A DNA stretch of 64,000 bases. Origin: Mytilus californianus. Lineage: Eukaryota. The position numbers and the translations under genes are program-made. The notes under the pieces were generated by a model. It had not been told where the DNA came from, ran no database searches, and saw only the letters and a program-made list of their open reading frames with translations. This document shows positions 13,245 through 27,539 of this stretch, piece by piece. Positions within the stretch are counted from its first letter, which is position 1, and each line of letters starts with the position of its first letter. The stretch covers positions 30,814,001-30,878,000 of the forward strand of contig NW_026262679.1 in the NCBI RefSeq assembly GCF_021869535.1, read 5' to 3'.

Positions 13245-14553
13245 GTACGTATATCGGGCATTAATTTTTGTGATGAATTAGGGGAAGATTTCTGTCCTTT
13301 TTCAAAGCTTATACAAATCGTATAATTGTTTAAATGTTTTGTGAAAAAATATATTGCTTATTAACAAATTATGCACACCATTTGTTTCTGATGTAAAATT
13401 TGAATAACTCTTTAATTTTATGCCGATGCACGAAACGTAGTAATAAGACTAATAACTTTTAAACTTATATTGTGTTCGAATCTCTAATCGTCCAAAACAG
13501 TCTTAAATTTTTTAGAATAGATATAATTAAAGTGCCAATTTGTCAAACAATGATAGTTATCCTTTGCATATCTGAAGAAATGTTGAATCATTCAAAACAC
13601 TAAGGTTTTGTTTAACTCATTTATAGATTGCTTTAGCCTCTTTTGGTATAACTGTTTAGAATTTTCGATTGTAATGCTCTTAAACTTCGTATTAGCGCGT
13701 CTGACGTACTACATTAATTTTTTACTACAATTATAGATAAGGGTATCTTTGAAGTATTTGACTACCCTTTCATCCTGTTCAAGACAAACATTATGAAATT
13801 GTTAGCTGTCAATTGAGACACTGGTGCTTTGACGACGAAGAAAAAAATATTAATGACAATTAAAAACATTCTTGGAAAGAAATGTTTCCGCGGTAGTATG
13901 AAAAAGATATTAATTATAAACATAATGTCCTAGTTAACAATTGATTTTGTTTCTTAAGAAAATGTTAATTTTTTAAATCTAAATATACAACCTATTTAAT
14001 TCGTTCATTTCAAATCAGCACCTTTATTCATTCTCTTCTTTGATGGGCTCACATTATATATTTTACCTACAAATCATATTTTTTCAAAACCTTCTAAGCT
14101 GCCGCTTCCCCCAAAATCAAATGAGCCTTACATAAGAAATAATCACACTGCCAACGACCAGTGTGCAAAAGTTAGTTGTGATCGAATGCAATTGACTTTC
14201 TTTACGTTTTATTTTCCTGTTTAAATGTTCTCTCAACCAATCAGAGTTTTTAGAATAAAATAATAATTAAAAAAAAAAAAACTAAACGTTCATAAAAAGT
14301 CAGTTTGACAATAATTATTGTTCTAGCTTCACAAATGTGGTGTCGGTAATAACACTTCGTCTGTATTATAGTTATTAAAGTAAAACAGAACATTTTTTTA
14401 ATTACTATATAACGTTTTATTTTTTATTTCTTTGGTGAAAGGTAAATTTGAAAATCGAACCATACGATTCATTGAAACTGTTATTGCTTCAGATCTGTTA
14501 TTTAAGTATTTAACATGTTTAAAATGATTAAAACAATTTTTTTTATATGAAAG

Positions 14554-14698
14554 GTGAACTGGAAAAGGAGTGATCGTGTTCTTGGAGAAATATTCAACTT
14601 AAAGACGAAAAAAGACAATTATTCAGAAGCACATGCGTCTATCCTAAAACGCCTCAGCGAAAAAAAGACATTTTTCATGAAACTGCATGGAAGTGACT
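14554..14698 (+). CDS. TRPM: TRPM-like exon 3
   Basis: Open in phase 0: VNWKRSDRVLGEIF...LKRLSEKKTFFMKLHGSD; donor GTAAGT; phase 1 out. Confidence 0.7.
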
Positions 14699-17600
14699 GT
14701 AAGTAATTTATATATAAATGAGGAAATGTTTTGTAATTGGCACTGAGAAACCAATAGAAGATGATGGAAACAACAAACAATAACTCTTTTTCAAGAATTT
14801 AGAATTGAGCCATCATTCAAACTCGTAAATCCATTTTTTTTCGACAGAGTAAGTAAGTGAGTGCGTCTTGATGATGGAAGTGTTTAACGACCTTGACTGG
14901 CTTTATAGCCCTCGCACGGTCGGCTCGGTGCCCGAAGGCGTTTGGTGAGCGTTTAAATATTTTCATGCGTGACGATGGAATGTTTGAAAGGACGGCCGCC
15001 ATTTTGGTTTTGGTAAGATCTTTTTGGTTTGTTGACTATTTTGTTGTTGTTCACTGCCTTCACAACAGCTGCTTTCAGGGCCAGGTTGGTCAGCTTGGCA
15101 GCCCACTAACCACGATGATGAAGTACTGGTCGATGAGTCTCGGACAAAGTAATAACGATGACAGGAAGCTTTATTAGGACCAAAGTCGTAAGACAGTGAA
15201 ATGGCGGTCCATTATCCAACACCTACGATACAGACGCTCGGACATCAGTCGGCATAATATGTCCCCCATAATGGGTGTTACGGACCATATGCTAACGCGG
15301 GTATTTACGCGAAACTTCAAGTTTATACAACGTAGTCTGTACAGCGTTGGATTGGTTTCTGTCATCGAGATTAGTGTGTCGTTGATCCATCTATCAGTAA
15401 ACCAACATCGTAGATAGCGGGTAAAGTAGAGATGACCCAGCACGTCCTTTCAGTTGTAATGACTGAGAAGTGACCGTGCGTTTTACTATGCATGCATCAC
15501 CTAGCTGATATAAGAATCGAGAAGTAGTCAAAATAAATTTACAGACCAGACGAATATTGTGGTATCTTTAGACCAGACCTCGAATCATGTCTCTCGTGAG
15601 TTGAGACAAAGACACTTTGACATGGTCGACAAATTTGTAATATATACCTTGAAAACTTGTATAGTGTCGATTTCAGATGTTCCTACTTATAACTCTGCTA
15701 AAGCAGTTTTAGAATGACGAGTCAGCTAGCTAACATACCCCTACCCGTTACTTAAAGTCCATATTACTTGAACACGCGTACACGTTACGTTGAGATATGT
15801 AGACGTCATACTAAGGGTCAGCTGATATTTGTTCATGCTGAGTTTTGGGAAGTTGACAATTGGGAAGATATAGTCTTCACTTTTGTCAGATCCTAGTTTG
15901 AAGTCATCAATTTGTGTAGATTTCGAAAAGAAATAATTCTATGAAGCTGACCGTCAGTTTCTGTTGTTTCTTAATAAGATTCTCTACAACATATGAGATC
16001 TGGGGCGGATTCAGGCGGGGCGTGGCGGGTGTGCGCCCCCACCCCCTTAACATTTGCAAAGCATGGGTTGTCCTTAGCTTCGCTTGGAGATATCTACATT
16101 GCACCCACCCACAAAGAATATTTCGATAATTTTACCTCAAAAAAATTTTCGACTCGCTCAGCTCGGCGAAAATTTAAGTTATTTAAATCAACCAGATAAA
16201 CGTTCATCTGCTTTTCTGTCAAAGTTCCTTGTAATTCTTGTTATCCTTTTTAAATTGTATGATGGAGTAAAAAAGACAGTATTCAATAAAAGGCCACATT
16301 ATTCTGCCTATGTTAAAATCCATTTTATATATACAAACCAAGTGAAATAAAATAGAACTGGTGGAATCACAAGAACTCAAAATGAGTGAGAATGGGTGAG
16401 TCAACATTGTAATCGTTTCTCTCGTTAAAGTTATAGACCAAGTGACTATTGTCGTATCCATAAGATGAAAGGCCTTGTCCGGTCCTTCTGATATGAGACA
16501 CACACACATAAGAACAAAAATTCTGCAATGAAATTAAGTATAGTTTTTTTTTTACATTCCACAATATAAAAATAAGGAGATGTGGTATGATTGCCAATAA
16601 GAGAACTATCCATTAAAGTTCAACTGAAGTGGATGTAAGCAATTATAGGCAACAGTACGACCTTCAACAATGAGAAAATTCCATACCGTATTGTCGGCTA
16701 TAAAAGTCACCGACATGAAAAATATGAAAAATTCAACTGAGAAAGCTGACGGCATAACAAGCTCGTTTCTAATTAGTTGTCGTGTGTCGTGTGTCATGTT
16801 AGATTGTTTTGTCATTTTTTAAATGTCATGTTAATGACAGATCTTTGTAGTTTCTATTGATTTCGCATACATTTGCATTACTTTTCAAAACTGGCGTTTA
16901 AAAGCTTGTAAAATATTGTAAAGACTCCTATCTACTGTCGAAGACAGTTTAGACATGACATATTTAATATGTTACCTTTGTTATAGGGTTTCTGTCTCAT
17001 TGTATTTTTTCTGTAATCGTATGTTTTATGGTTGTCTCACTGACTTTAACCTACACAGTATTTTATTTATACCAAATATCTAATCATTGGGCCACACTAA
17101 TTTGATGTCTAAAAAAGCTCCAAAAAATAGGGGGCAAGCGAGCGAAATAGTTTTGTTTTTATTTTTTTCCTGAAAATGAGTTTTTTGAGGCGAGTGCTCT
17201 ACAAGTGAAGCGAGCTGTATATTTTTTTTTAATTGTGCAATTTAGAAGTAGTATAATTCATGTACATGTTATGACTGTGTTACTTCAAAGAAAAACGAGG
17301 AGAAACAGATGATCTAATGCATATAATTTGATTTATTTGTGACTGTACCATACCAGACTCTCTTGTCTAACTGTGTTTAAGTTAATTTTGGTTATTTTCT
17401 TTAAGTAAGCTTTGTCTGCGTGAATTTTTCATTTAAATCCATATATATATTTAGGAAACATAGCAGAAGTTTTACAAGAGGAATTATGGTAGTTAGGTAA
17501 ATGACACATGTTGAAAAAATTAAAATATGTGTATGTATCCAACAAAATGCCCCTGAAAGATATTTGATAGTAGTTGTTTTCATTATATGGTAATGATTGT

Positions 17601-18594
17601 TTATTGGCTGCATGACATCCAGTTGGAACTATTTATTCATATTTAGGATCAAAATAATGAGTGAGGTGAATATGTCTTGCTTTGTACTTAAACAACATCG
17701 AGAGTAAGATAGTTATATTGCTATACATGTAGATCCCTATGTATTAAAATATTCCCTTAAAATACCTGTCACCCCATTCACATGCATTATTCTGACTGAG
17801 CAAAATACTCTTTCCTTTTGCTTCTAAAAGCTTCAATGCATTTAAAACTTTGTAGCTTGACTAGAAGTGGTTGAACCAATTACTCACTCCTAACTATTAT
17901 GAGCATTCCAATCACAATACCATCACCTTGGTCAAAAGAGTTCTGCTTGCATGCCAAAAGACGAACAAGGGGATATGGGGTTTCATCAAAATCAAATACT
18001 TCAAAAAGTTCATGGAAATTTACAATTAATTTCATCCAAGATAGATAGGTCTATGCAATTTGAAACAAAGATCGGGGATGACGATGGTTCTAACAAATAT
18101 TGATGTGTTTGTAGTCATCTAACGAAAGATTTTTAATTTTTGCCTTCTAGAACAGGTCTTCAAAGGTAAAACGAGAAGTATTTCGGATAACTGTGTGTTC
18201 AATAACTACTTGTCCACAGCAATGGGCTGACTCAGCATGTTGACATCCCGATTTTTGACCTTTTATTTATAAATCGATTTATCACATGTGCGTTTGAAAC
18301 GATCGGAGCAATATATGCAACAGAAAAGCGTCTATTTGAAAAAAAAACAATTTCAAGGAGAAACCAATTTTGGAGCGGCATGCGGACCAAACATTTGCGG
18401 AAGCGGTAAAAATATTTTTATATCAAAAAGTCAATTTCTCCAAAACAGGAACGGGAAATTCAAAGAACTAGGAATCAAATTGGTGTGTCCTTGAAAGAAC
18501 CTTTATTTTTTTACGAAAATGCTAAATGCACTAAACAAATTATGTTCTGCTAATATCATACAGAGAGAATTTTAGTTGATCATTATGTTTCTAG

Positions 18595-18745
18595 TGGATT
18601 GGTATCTACCTATCCTGACAATAGTTGCAGAAGGAGACTTGGATACCATTGAATCTGTATTTCATGTTCTGAAGCAGGACCTTCCCGTTCTTATCCTTAA
18701 AGGAACTGGAAAAGCAGCAGATTTCATTGCTGAATTTATTGAGAG
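18595..18745 (+). CDS. TRPM: TRPM-like exon 4 (end of SLOG domain)
   Basis: LPILTIVAEGDLDTIESVFHVLKQDLPVLILKGTGKAADFIA matches the TRPM VEGG..T...PVVVVKGSGRAAD motif. Phases 1/2; donor GTGAGG. Confidence 0.9.
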
Positions 18746-19370
18746 GTGAGGCTTGGATTTTGTTCTATAAATATTTGTTTTAAATATTCAACATATGTGT
18801 AATGAGAACGCGAAACATATTATAGTTTTCTTGCATTTAAAAAATCTTTTGAAATGTAAAACAGATATTCGGATGTTTACATTAATGAAAACAAATTCAC
18901 TTTAACATAATTTTTATCCTTTTTGTGGACATGTTCCATAAAGTATATTATGAAAAAAAACAACATGAAGTCTCGAAAAAATATATGATACAAATTTACA
19001 AATACTAAAATCTGGTAAGAAGACAGCAGAAGACAATATGTTCATTGCATAATCTAGAAATATGTTAAACATATGTATATATACACACAAATAGAGAAGA
19101 TTTAAAAAAAAATAAAACTATAGGCATAACTGTATTTGATAGAAAAAAGTATCTAAAAAGAAATAAGATATTTACAAAAAGATTTCAATTTTTCAACAAT
19201 AACATCACGGTGAACCAAAAAAGTCATAACGTTTGTTTTTTCTTAATAATGATCATGGTAGAAGTTATTAACAAGTTCAATCTTCCAAGTCTGTTAAAGT
19301 TGTATATGTCAAAAACAAAACAAAAACCCAATTTCGAATCAACATTACTCTTTGTTTGTTTCACTTTCAG

Positions 19371-19503
19371 TGGGGATTCTGATCCATCTGCTTTATATGC
19401 TAAATATAAAACGCATTTTAAAAAGTTAAGCTTCATTTCCCAAGCAGTTCAAATCAACGGTCTTATGGATAAGCTGATGAAAATAAAAGAGCACGAATGT
19501 CTT
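19371..19503 (+). CDS. TRPM: TRPM-like exon 5
   Basis: Acceptor CACTTTCAG, phase 2 in; GDSDPSALYAK...KIKEHECL; donor GTAAGT; phase 0 out. Confidence 0.8.
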
Positions 19504-19831
19504 GTAAGTACTACGTTATTTATGTATCAACAAGTTTTTAATACAATTTAAAAGTTAATTCAAACGTACAGAATCATGACTAAGCAATAGTCAATGAATC
19601 TTGAAATAATTAAATGAAAAGAAGGACTATTACGAATAATCCTTCAAAACAGAACGAAGATTCAGCAGGTTGATATAAATCATCAGGTGAGAAAAAGTAG
19701 AAAATACAATATCCGATATTGAAAAGATGAAACAATAATGTGCTTTGTACAAAGCACCGTACCGAACAAACTATATTTTTTCACATTATAATGTTAAAAT
19801 CATATGCACTGATATTGTTTATATACTTTTA

Positions 19832-19971
19832 GTTACATGGTGTATTAGTGACCTAATACGATATATATGGGGTCAGTAAATTCCATATGGGGTGAGAGCG
19901 AAGCTCGAATCCCCATATGGAATTTATTGACCCCATATATATCGTATTAGGTCACTAGCACACCGTGTAAC
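19832..19971. mobile_element. 140-bp near-perfect hairpin (MITE-like)
   Basis: About 60-bp arms (GTTACATGGTGTATTAGTGACCTAATACG.../...CGTATTAGGTCACTAGCACACCGTGTAAC) around the loop TGAGAGCGAAGCTCGAAT. Confidence 0.8.
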
Positions 19972-21041
19972 GAATTTATCTTACCGACTATCTTCGCATG
20001 TGGTATTTAGACTAGGGGCCTATCAAAGTGATTAAGTCTTCAATACTTAGTAGTAAGAACCTACTTCCATTTGTCTATACAAAAAACAAATGCCAACAAT
20101 AACAACTTGTAAGCTTTAAATTTGTTTTATGAATTTATTTCAATCGTTCATTATCAATTTCTTCGTCTGTTGAAACCTTTAAGATTTCTTTTTTGTTTTG
20201 AAAGGGAAATAACTCCTTACTAACCCCATATGGTAACTTACCCTATTTGGTAACACACCGCATATTTTTTAGGACACCATATATCAAATATATGTAGTCA
20301 CCACGTGTAGTCCTTTAACCAATCATATCCCCATAAATCGATAGGAGGTAAGATAAACAACATTATACTCAATTATAGTATATCATATTTATTCTGATGT
20401 ACAGTATTCATATTTTGAAAATGTATTTCTCATCAGATGGGCTATAAACCAAACATAGAAAATATCATTTTATAATCGTTGCAGAGCAAATAAAAAAACT
20501 AACAAGTAGAAGACGCCCAAACGTAGAAAAATAAAAGAAAATCAACATACTTTACACATCTAAGTTAACTAAAAAATGTGCATGTATCAATGCAAAAACT
20601 TATATATGTCAGAACAAAAGCAAGGCTTCGGGCTAGTATTTCCCATGGACTTGAGGTCCACAAGCAATTGGGTCAACCCAGTAGCAGTCAAAAATGAATA
20701 TCGCAAGGATTTTTTTCTAGCTAGTGGTGTTCGTAATAAATAGAAAAACGAAAATCAGAAAATGTCAGAATTGAAGAATGAAAAACATCAGAACTAAAAA
20801 AATCAGATTGCCGAGAGAAAGAATTGATAACAACTCAATTCGGATTTTATGTACAGTTTTCTTGGACTGTCAGGATTTTGTTAATAAATGGTAAAATGGA
20901 TATATCTCTCTATCACTGATATGATTTTATTTGATTAAATTTTATAATAGTTCTTCTTCTATCTTTTATTAGCTGGTTAAGTAAATAAATGTATCCCCTT
21001 TTATCTTTCGAATCAATTTATTCTGATCTGTATTCATTCAG

Positions 21042-21222
21042 GTAACGTTAATCGATATAAATGAACAAACAAAGCAAAAAGAATTCACAGAAGTTGTGAC
21101 ACAAGCTATTATTCGTGGTTGGTCTCAATGGAAACCGGAAATGAATCAACCTGATCCGAAAGACCATAAACAAAACTATATGACAAGTGATGATCACAAA
21201 GAGGGAAGAGTAGACCCACCAG
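21042..21222 (+). CDS. TRPM: TRPM-like exon 6
   Basis: VTLIDINEQTKQKEFTEVVTQAIIRGW...GRVDPP; phase 0 in, phase 1 out; donor GTATTT. Confidence 0.8.
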
Positions 21223-21310
21223 GTATTTCGATTTATATCGTATGTAGAGATTTATATATAATTTAGCGCCAAAAAGTTTCTAACCGTAAATTAGTTTGTT
21301 CAATTCAGTT

Positions 21311-21700
21311 AAGGTAGCACTACCGTCTGACTTTTTTTACTCCATTCAACCGTATTTACTGATTGATTTTTCCAAAACTACTTGAGGGATTTTTTAAAAT
21401 CTTTGACTCATTTTAAAGCTTAAATATTACTCTCACTAATTCTATAGATAAATCTATTTTTGGTATGATCAATAAAAAATATAGCTCATTAACCGCCAAA
21501 AATGGTTGTTTTCCACTCTTTGAGTAGCTCTACCGTCTGACTCCAACCAACCGTATTTTAAGGTTGATTTCTCCAAATCTACTTGATGGATTTTTAAAAT
21601 TTTTAACTTATTTTAAAGCTTACATATTATTCTTTCTTAATCTATAGATAAATATTTTTGGTATGATCAATTAAAAATATAGCTCATTAACCGCCAAAAA
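21311..21700 (+). repeat. Two tandem copies of a 210-bp unit, preceded by TTAAGGTAGCAC (DNA-transposon-like end)
   Basis: CTACCGTCTGACT at 21320 and 21530; both copies end TAGCTCATTAACCGCCAAAAA. Confidence 0.7.
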
Positions 21701-24700
21701 GTGCTCTTTCAACTTGGATGAAAATAGCACATTCAGGTCAAATGGTAGTAAAACTTTGTTTTTATCCCTTTGATTGACCATACACAAGCTACAAAATCGT
21801 GTCTCAGATTTTTAATATATGCCTTCAGTTAAAAGATATATTGATTTAACTGCTGTGTGCTAAACCTCAATTATGTAACTTTCATCTTTAATTTGGAGCC
21901 CTATAAATTCATTCAGAAACAAATCACCCAAAACACTGGTACACAGTTGTATAGAAAATACTCCCTTTAATTACATATATCAAAGCCAGACCAAAAGGGG
22001 TACCTTTCTCAATATGTATTTAATATTAATACGAAATATTAATTATCATTCTTATTTAAAAAGAAATATACGGTACAGTGAATTTAACTAGAGCACAGAA
22101 AGTTAAAAATTTACAATATAATATCATGACCATCCCCGTCTAAAAAAATATACTGTTCCACATGACTTTTGAAGTATAGGAAATTAAAAAATAACAGATA
22201 AACATTAAAACTGTTAAAATGTCAAAATGTCCTATAAACATAAGGCATGCACATCACCAAAATTTAACTTTTTTTTGTTTGAGCGTTGCTAATGAGTCTT
22301 TGGTCTAGCGTGTATGGTGTACAACATTTTAATCCTGGTATAAAAAAGCTAAGTCAATCGTAAATTATATAAGCGTTTTCAAAGTATTCATAGTCTAAAG
22401 TAACCAAATATAACTCAAAAAAAAAGAAGAAAAATAATAGTTCGACTTACATAAAAAAAAATGAAAATTTTAATCGGGATCAAGAAAACGTTCCGTTATA
22501 GATAATTTTGTTTCTTAAAAAATGCATAACTGTGAATCTATGTTATGCTATATTAGAAATAAAACATTGAAAATAAACAAACTGTTACATGATACATAAT
22601 GAACAACTAACAAAGTATATTACGACAAAGGACACGATAGTTTAGAGAAACAAAATGCAAGCGTGATCAGAAAAAAAGTGCATTCTGAAAAGTAAGGAAG
22701 TGGTGAAAAATAAAGAAATAACATAATTGCATTAAATAAAAGTAGAAGAGGGAGTATGATTGCATATTAGGTTGCTGTTCAATTTAAATATTGACGATAT
22801 CTATTTTTTACATATCATAATTCAGAATTGTGCTTCGGACGCACAAAGTGTATTGCTTCGCATCATGGTGCGAAGTTATCAACATTAATAGACATTTACG
22901 CCATCTTGAATTTGATTACTTAACAAAACTTATTATAATTGGCGCCCTGGGGATGTGGCTAATATAACAGCCAATGTTTTTAATGAGAATGATTGACACA
23001 GTTTGGAACTAGTAACGGAAAGGAAAAGAAGTTATATTTGAAAGATCAGAATCGTGATTTAATTTTAAAAAAACCAATATGAGTATTCGAGTCCCGATCA
23101 ATAAACATAAACCTTGTTGGATAAGCGCTTACAATTTGAATTGATGAATAATCATTTAATATTGCCGCATTCCATTTGATTGACATGCACGATCTTTAAG
23201 GGGCATTAGCTGTTAAATTCATGTTCACCGATTTGACTCAAATTCTCATATCTAATTTATAACATACTAAAACGTATATCCAAATTACAAAAAGTCTAAA
23301 ATAAACAATTAACAGTGCATGGACTCGATAATATGTAACAACATTTCATGTGTATATTTGTATAGACGTCATCTAATTAACCATCAAGATGCCCGCAGTA
23401 GACTGCCAACGGTCATATCCCGATATAAACATAAACATGAATATAAATAGATAGAAACCACGTGCAATTGGATTTTTTTATGTTTGTTTGGTTTCATATT
23501 GTAGTTTAAAAAGCATGTTGATCTTCGTTTTTACCTGTATGAGAATGATATAATGTGGATCGAATCAGTCAATCATATGGTTCATCCTTGTTTCACTTTC
23601 AATGTTGACATTCTTTTCCTTTTAATAGCTGAATGCATGCGTAACCCATCTCGAGCTAATGGGTTAAATTGAAGGTCACATGAATAAGGATTTAATGAGG
23701 TCGAATTTTCACTTACAAGTGAATAATTCATCAGCAATGTTTTTTAGCTTTTTTGAACAAAATTGAACAAGCTTGCCGGGATATGATAATATTTTTATCC
23801 TTTTCCTAGATTATAATTTGTTTTAGTTACTGATGCGTTTAATCAATGCTGACAGATACATAGTTATTAACTAGTTACTTGGTTATTGGTTAAAAAAAAA
23901 CACATTTTATCGTGTATTATCATGTACAATCTAGGAAAGTATGGGTCTGAAGCTTTTACTGTTTTGTAAAGAGATGAAGTTAATTTAGGATACTGCATTT
24001 AACTCGATGCCTTCTTACGAATGTAAAATCTCATTAAAAAAATTGGAAGAGTCCCAAACATTGATATAATATGTGAAATTCAATGCTTTGTAAACACACG
24101 TCTCTGTAAACATCCCGATACTGTAAGGAAAATCTCTTTCTTGTAGGCACTATACCCACGGTGAAACAAAATAAGACATGATAGATTTTATACAATGTAA
24201 GCTTCTTAGTGAATTTCATTTCCAATGGGTTGGTAAGGTACAAACTTATAGACAAGAAAATTAATATTCGACATTTCCAATTCAATGCATTTTAACATGA
24301 TAATCATTTGAAACAGTTAGACAGATTATCATTGCCAGATTAAATCTACGTCTAGTTCTTCTTATTTTGATTGACAAGGAAGTAGATACCAAAAAAAAAC
24401 GGGGGGGGGGGGGGGGGGGGGGGGGGCATTTCCATAGGTAGGAGATAGAAAATATCAGTACAAAGATGAATTTAAAAATTAAAAAAAAAGACATTTAGCA
24501 GTTGTTCAAACACTACAATTCACGGTATTCTGGCGCTTAAACACAAATCCCAACAAAAACGAGGGATGAACCGTAGAGCCCAAAACAGTTAACAGATTTT
24601 GCTTCATATGTGACAACTTAAACCTGTTTTTTCGTGTAAAGGTTTCATATCAAGACATATTGGGCTATACATGTCTTGTATCACCACATACTCACATATG

Positions 24701-26379
24701 AAGATGCTTATATCCGCTTTTGTACTAGATTTCAATCTGGAAAGATTAATCATTCCATGTCGTTTCTATCTTAACCTTGTTTATCTAACCTTTAGTTTTG
24801 TAAAGGAATATTTAGCCACACGGGTCGAGTTCATGGTTAGGGCTGAAGAATGAATTGTACAATTTCTGAACATAATTTTTGTAAAGTTTCTTCATTTTAT
24901 ACATTCAGATGCCTGAAAAAGTGTTTTATGTTATTCTGAATATAACAGTTGAGCACAGTTTGATTTTAAATATTATATACAGTGTTGTACTATGAAACAT
25001 GTTTTTCAATATAACAAATTTTTATATCATTATGTGAATTATCATATCACGCCATTATTATAAAATTAAAATTGATCAAATGTTGTATTTAAAAACAATT
25101 CATTGACTTGTGAAGAAATTTACGCTTAAATACCGAATTCCCTTTCCAACAAAATCATAAGTACGGAATATTGTCATACTTCAATAGAATTAGCTGAATG
25201 TTATTCAGAAATTATGAATGGCTTTAAAATCACCTACATGTATAAACATAAAAAAAACTATTTCTAAACTTCAACGCAATCAATTAATATCTCTATAAAA
25301 ATTGAAATGATTATTTTGAATACTAATAATAAATGTTTGAAAAAATATAACAAAAATACCGAACTCCGAGGTAAATCCAAACAGGGGGAAGTCCATAAAA
25401 ACTGACAAAATCAAACGTTATCAATCAATGGAACGAGTGAAAAATATTCCTGACTTGGTACAGGCATTTTCCGAAGAAAATGGTGCGTTAAATCTGGTTT
25501 TATAGCAAGCTAAACCTTGCACTTGTACAATGTATGACAGTTGTTTATAGTTCTGTTATATTGACAAAATTGGTAAGCAACTCAAACAGACATAAAAGGT
25601 TAATATAATTGCTTACATCCACTTCATTTCAACCTTGGTGAATAGTTGTCTCATTGGCAATCATACCATCTCCTTATTTTTATAATGTGACAATATTTGG
25701 GATTCAGCAGCCAAAATTGTGTAAACATGCATCACAACTGACTAAAAATTCAAACAAACATACAATCAATCTATCAAAGATGGCAACAAAAAAGGTGTTG
25801 TAAGTGATAGTTAATTTGACAAAGACGCAAAAAAAATGTTTGTAGTTGATAGTACATTGAAAAAGACGCCGATAATGAAAACTGTAGTTGATTTATCGTA
25901 TATATTGTATATAGTATACACTTTCTAGATAAAGTACAAATTAAGTAAAATGTAAATACAATGGGTAAACAAAATGGAAACAACACTATAAAAGAAAAAA
26001 AACAACACCTCGCGTCCGAATCGCTCCTCAGGACCCATCTGCACCAGGACTGCCCGAAGTAAACAAAAAAACCGATAGCTAGATGCTGATACCGAGTCAC
26101 GTCAAAAGTCATAAGTTCAAAAGAAACAAAATAGCACGAAAACAAATAAAGGGAAAACTGTAAAGTAATAAAAAGATACACAACTTCAGCACCTAAAATC
26201 TATAACTCAAGAACATCTTATATTATTTGTGTAGTAGACACTGACTATTTATCTATTAGGTCTTGGTACTTTCCGATGAACCTTTTGAGAAAAAGGAAAA
26301 GACGTTCTTTGATAAAAACCTGGCTCATTAATTGTTTGCTCAGACACCGATGACGTTTTACAAAGTCTGAGTAGCAGCT

Positions 26380-26633
26380 GCCAGCTCTTGAATATCATGC
26401 GAGTTGAGAAATGTATACTCCATACGCGGGTGTCACCCAGTTGGTATATTTCTGCTGCGGTGAGGAAAAATTTATAATTTCATAATTGAAATCATTTCGT
26501 TTGTCATTGATTCTGGTACTGAGATGACCGTTGTTGTCAAATTCGAGGTAAATGTCTAAAAATGAGGTGGAGGAAGCTGTATCTGTGATTTCTTTCATCT
26601 CTAGTTCAGGAGGATATAGTAATGGGACCCAAT
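26380..26633 (-). pseudogene. Penelope-like RT relic, 3' half (target of the Maverick insertion)
   Basis: VPLLYPPELEMKEITDTASSTSFLDIYLEFD...DKRNDF...PAYGVYISQL; in frame with 57668-57830 once the Maverick and one TSD are removed. Confidence 0.85.
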
Positions 26634-26950
26634 AGTAGTGTAAAATGGGGGATTCTGTCTCACTTTCAATTTTAAAGTAGAAATTCAGCATATAACTTTA
26701 AAAATGGAAGGTAAATGGTAAACGAAGAGTAACTAAGTACAAAATAGGGGTTATTGATTTTCGAATAGGAGTAAGAGATGAAATTGAAATAAAAAGTAAG
26801 TATTGTTATAAGTAAAATATAAAATAATGGAAAGAACTGACGATTTATATATTTTTTTAATGAAAACAGTACTCCTTCACTGTCTAATGATGAAAAAAAG
26901 AACACTTTAAAAGAAAGAGATAGAATAAGTAATAATAATAATAATATGGA
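26634..26950 (+). repeat. Maverick left TIR
   Basis: Reverse complement of about 57258-57667, with substitutions and indels. Confidence 0.85.
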
Positions 26951-27480
26951 TTTTAACACCTTAAAAGCAAGTGGTAATAGTAATAAAATGAATATGAATT
27001 CAAATATAATTGACGATGAAGAAATGCCTGGTCCATCTGGGCTGTCATCATCTAAATTGAAACCAAATGAAAGCGGTGGTGATAAATATATTAAAAATTG
27101 TAGTGTAGAACTGAAGAGGAATAAGAGGAATAAGAGGATTTGTAAGAATAAACCTAAAACAAACGGACTGTGCCGGAGACATACAAAACAACCATCCAAT
27201 CAGAATAATGAAAATGTTAACTTTGGAGGAAAGGATGAGGGATTACCTAGGTATAGTAAGATTTCAAAGGAAAAGTTAATAAAACTCATTTAGGAAAAAA
27301 CCAAAAGAAAATTTACCCGCGAAGATGTATTTACTAAAAAGGAGCTAAAAACACTATCGAAAAACCGTGGTATAACTAAGTACTCTAGGCTAAGAAAAGA
27401 CGATCTACTTGAACTGGTAAAAAGGGATATTGAAAATGCACCGGTTGAATTAAAGTGACTGATAGACGTAATGAAGCGTT
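26946..27480 (+). pseudogene. Maverick N-terminal ORF: CCCH-type zinc finger plus two Rho-N/HEH-like repeats, upstream of or fused to pPolB
   Basis: CSVELKRNKRNKRICKNKPKTNGLCRRH; GLPRYSKISKEKLIKLI; TKKELKTLSKNRGITKYSRLRKDDLLELVKR. Confidence 0.6.
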
Positions 27481-27539
27481 GAATGTATTTGGTACAGTGA
27501 TCATTGAACTTTTAGATCAACATGATTCAGATACGTTTT

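Noticed and set aside
14817-15443. GC-richer block with ORFs on both strands
   Set aside because: No recognisable motif in any frame. It starts with a GCCCTCGCACGGTCGG end also seen at about 50416 and about 52050, so it is probably transposon interior.
22826-22922. Possible extra phase-1 TRPM exon (ELCFGRTKCIASHH...)
   Set aside because: Weak polypyrimidine tract, no TRPM similarity, in-frame stop unless a weak donor is used; not needed for phase continuity.
24401-24426. Poly-G run as a functional G-quadruplex
   Set aside because: Simple homopolymer, prone to sequencing error, with no supporting context.
25774-26181. 135-aa hydrophobic minus-strand ORF
   Set aside because: Reverse complement of A-rich DNA; no splice or motif support.
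26672-27199. 175-aa Leu/Phe-rich minus-strand ORF
   Set aside because: Antisense shadow of the TIR and of the + strand Maverick ORF.
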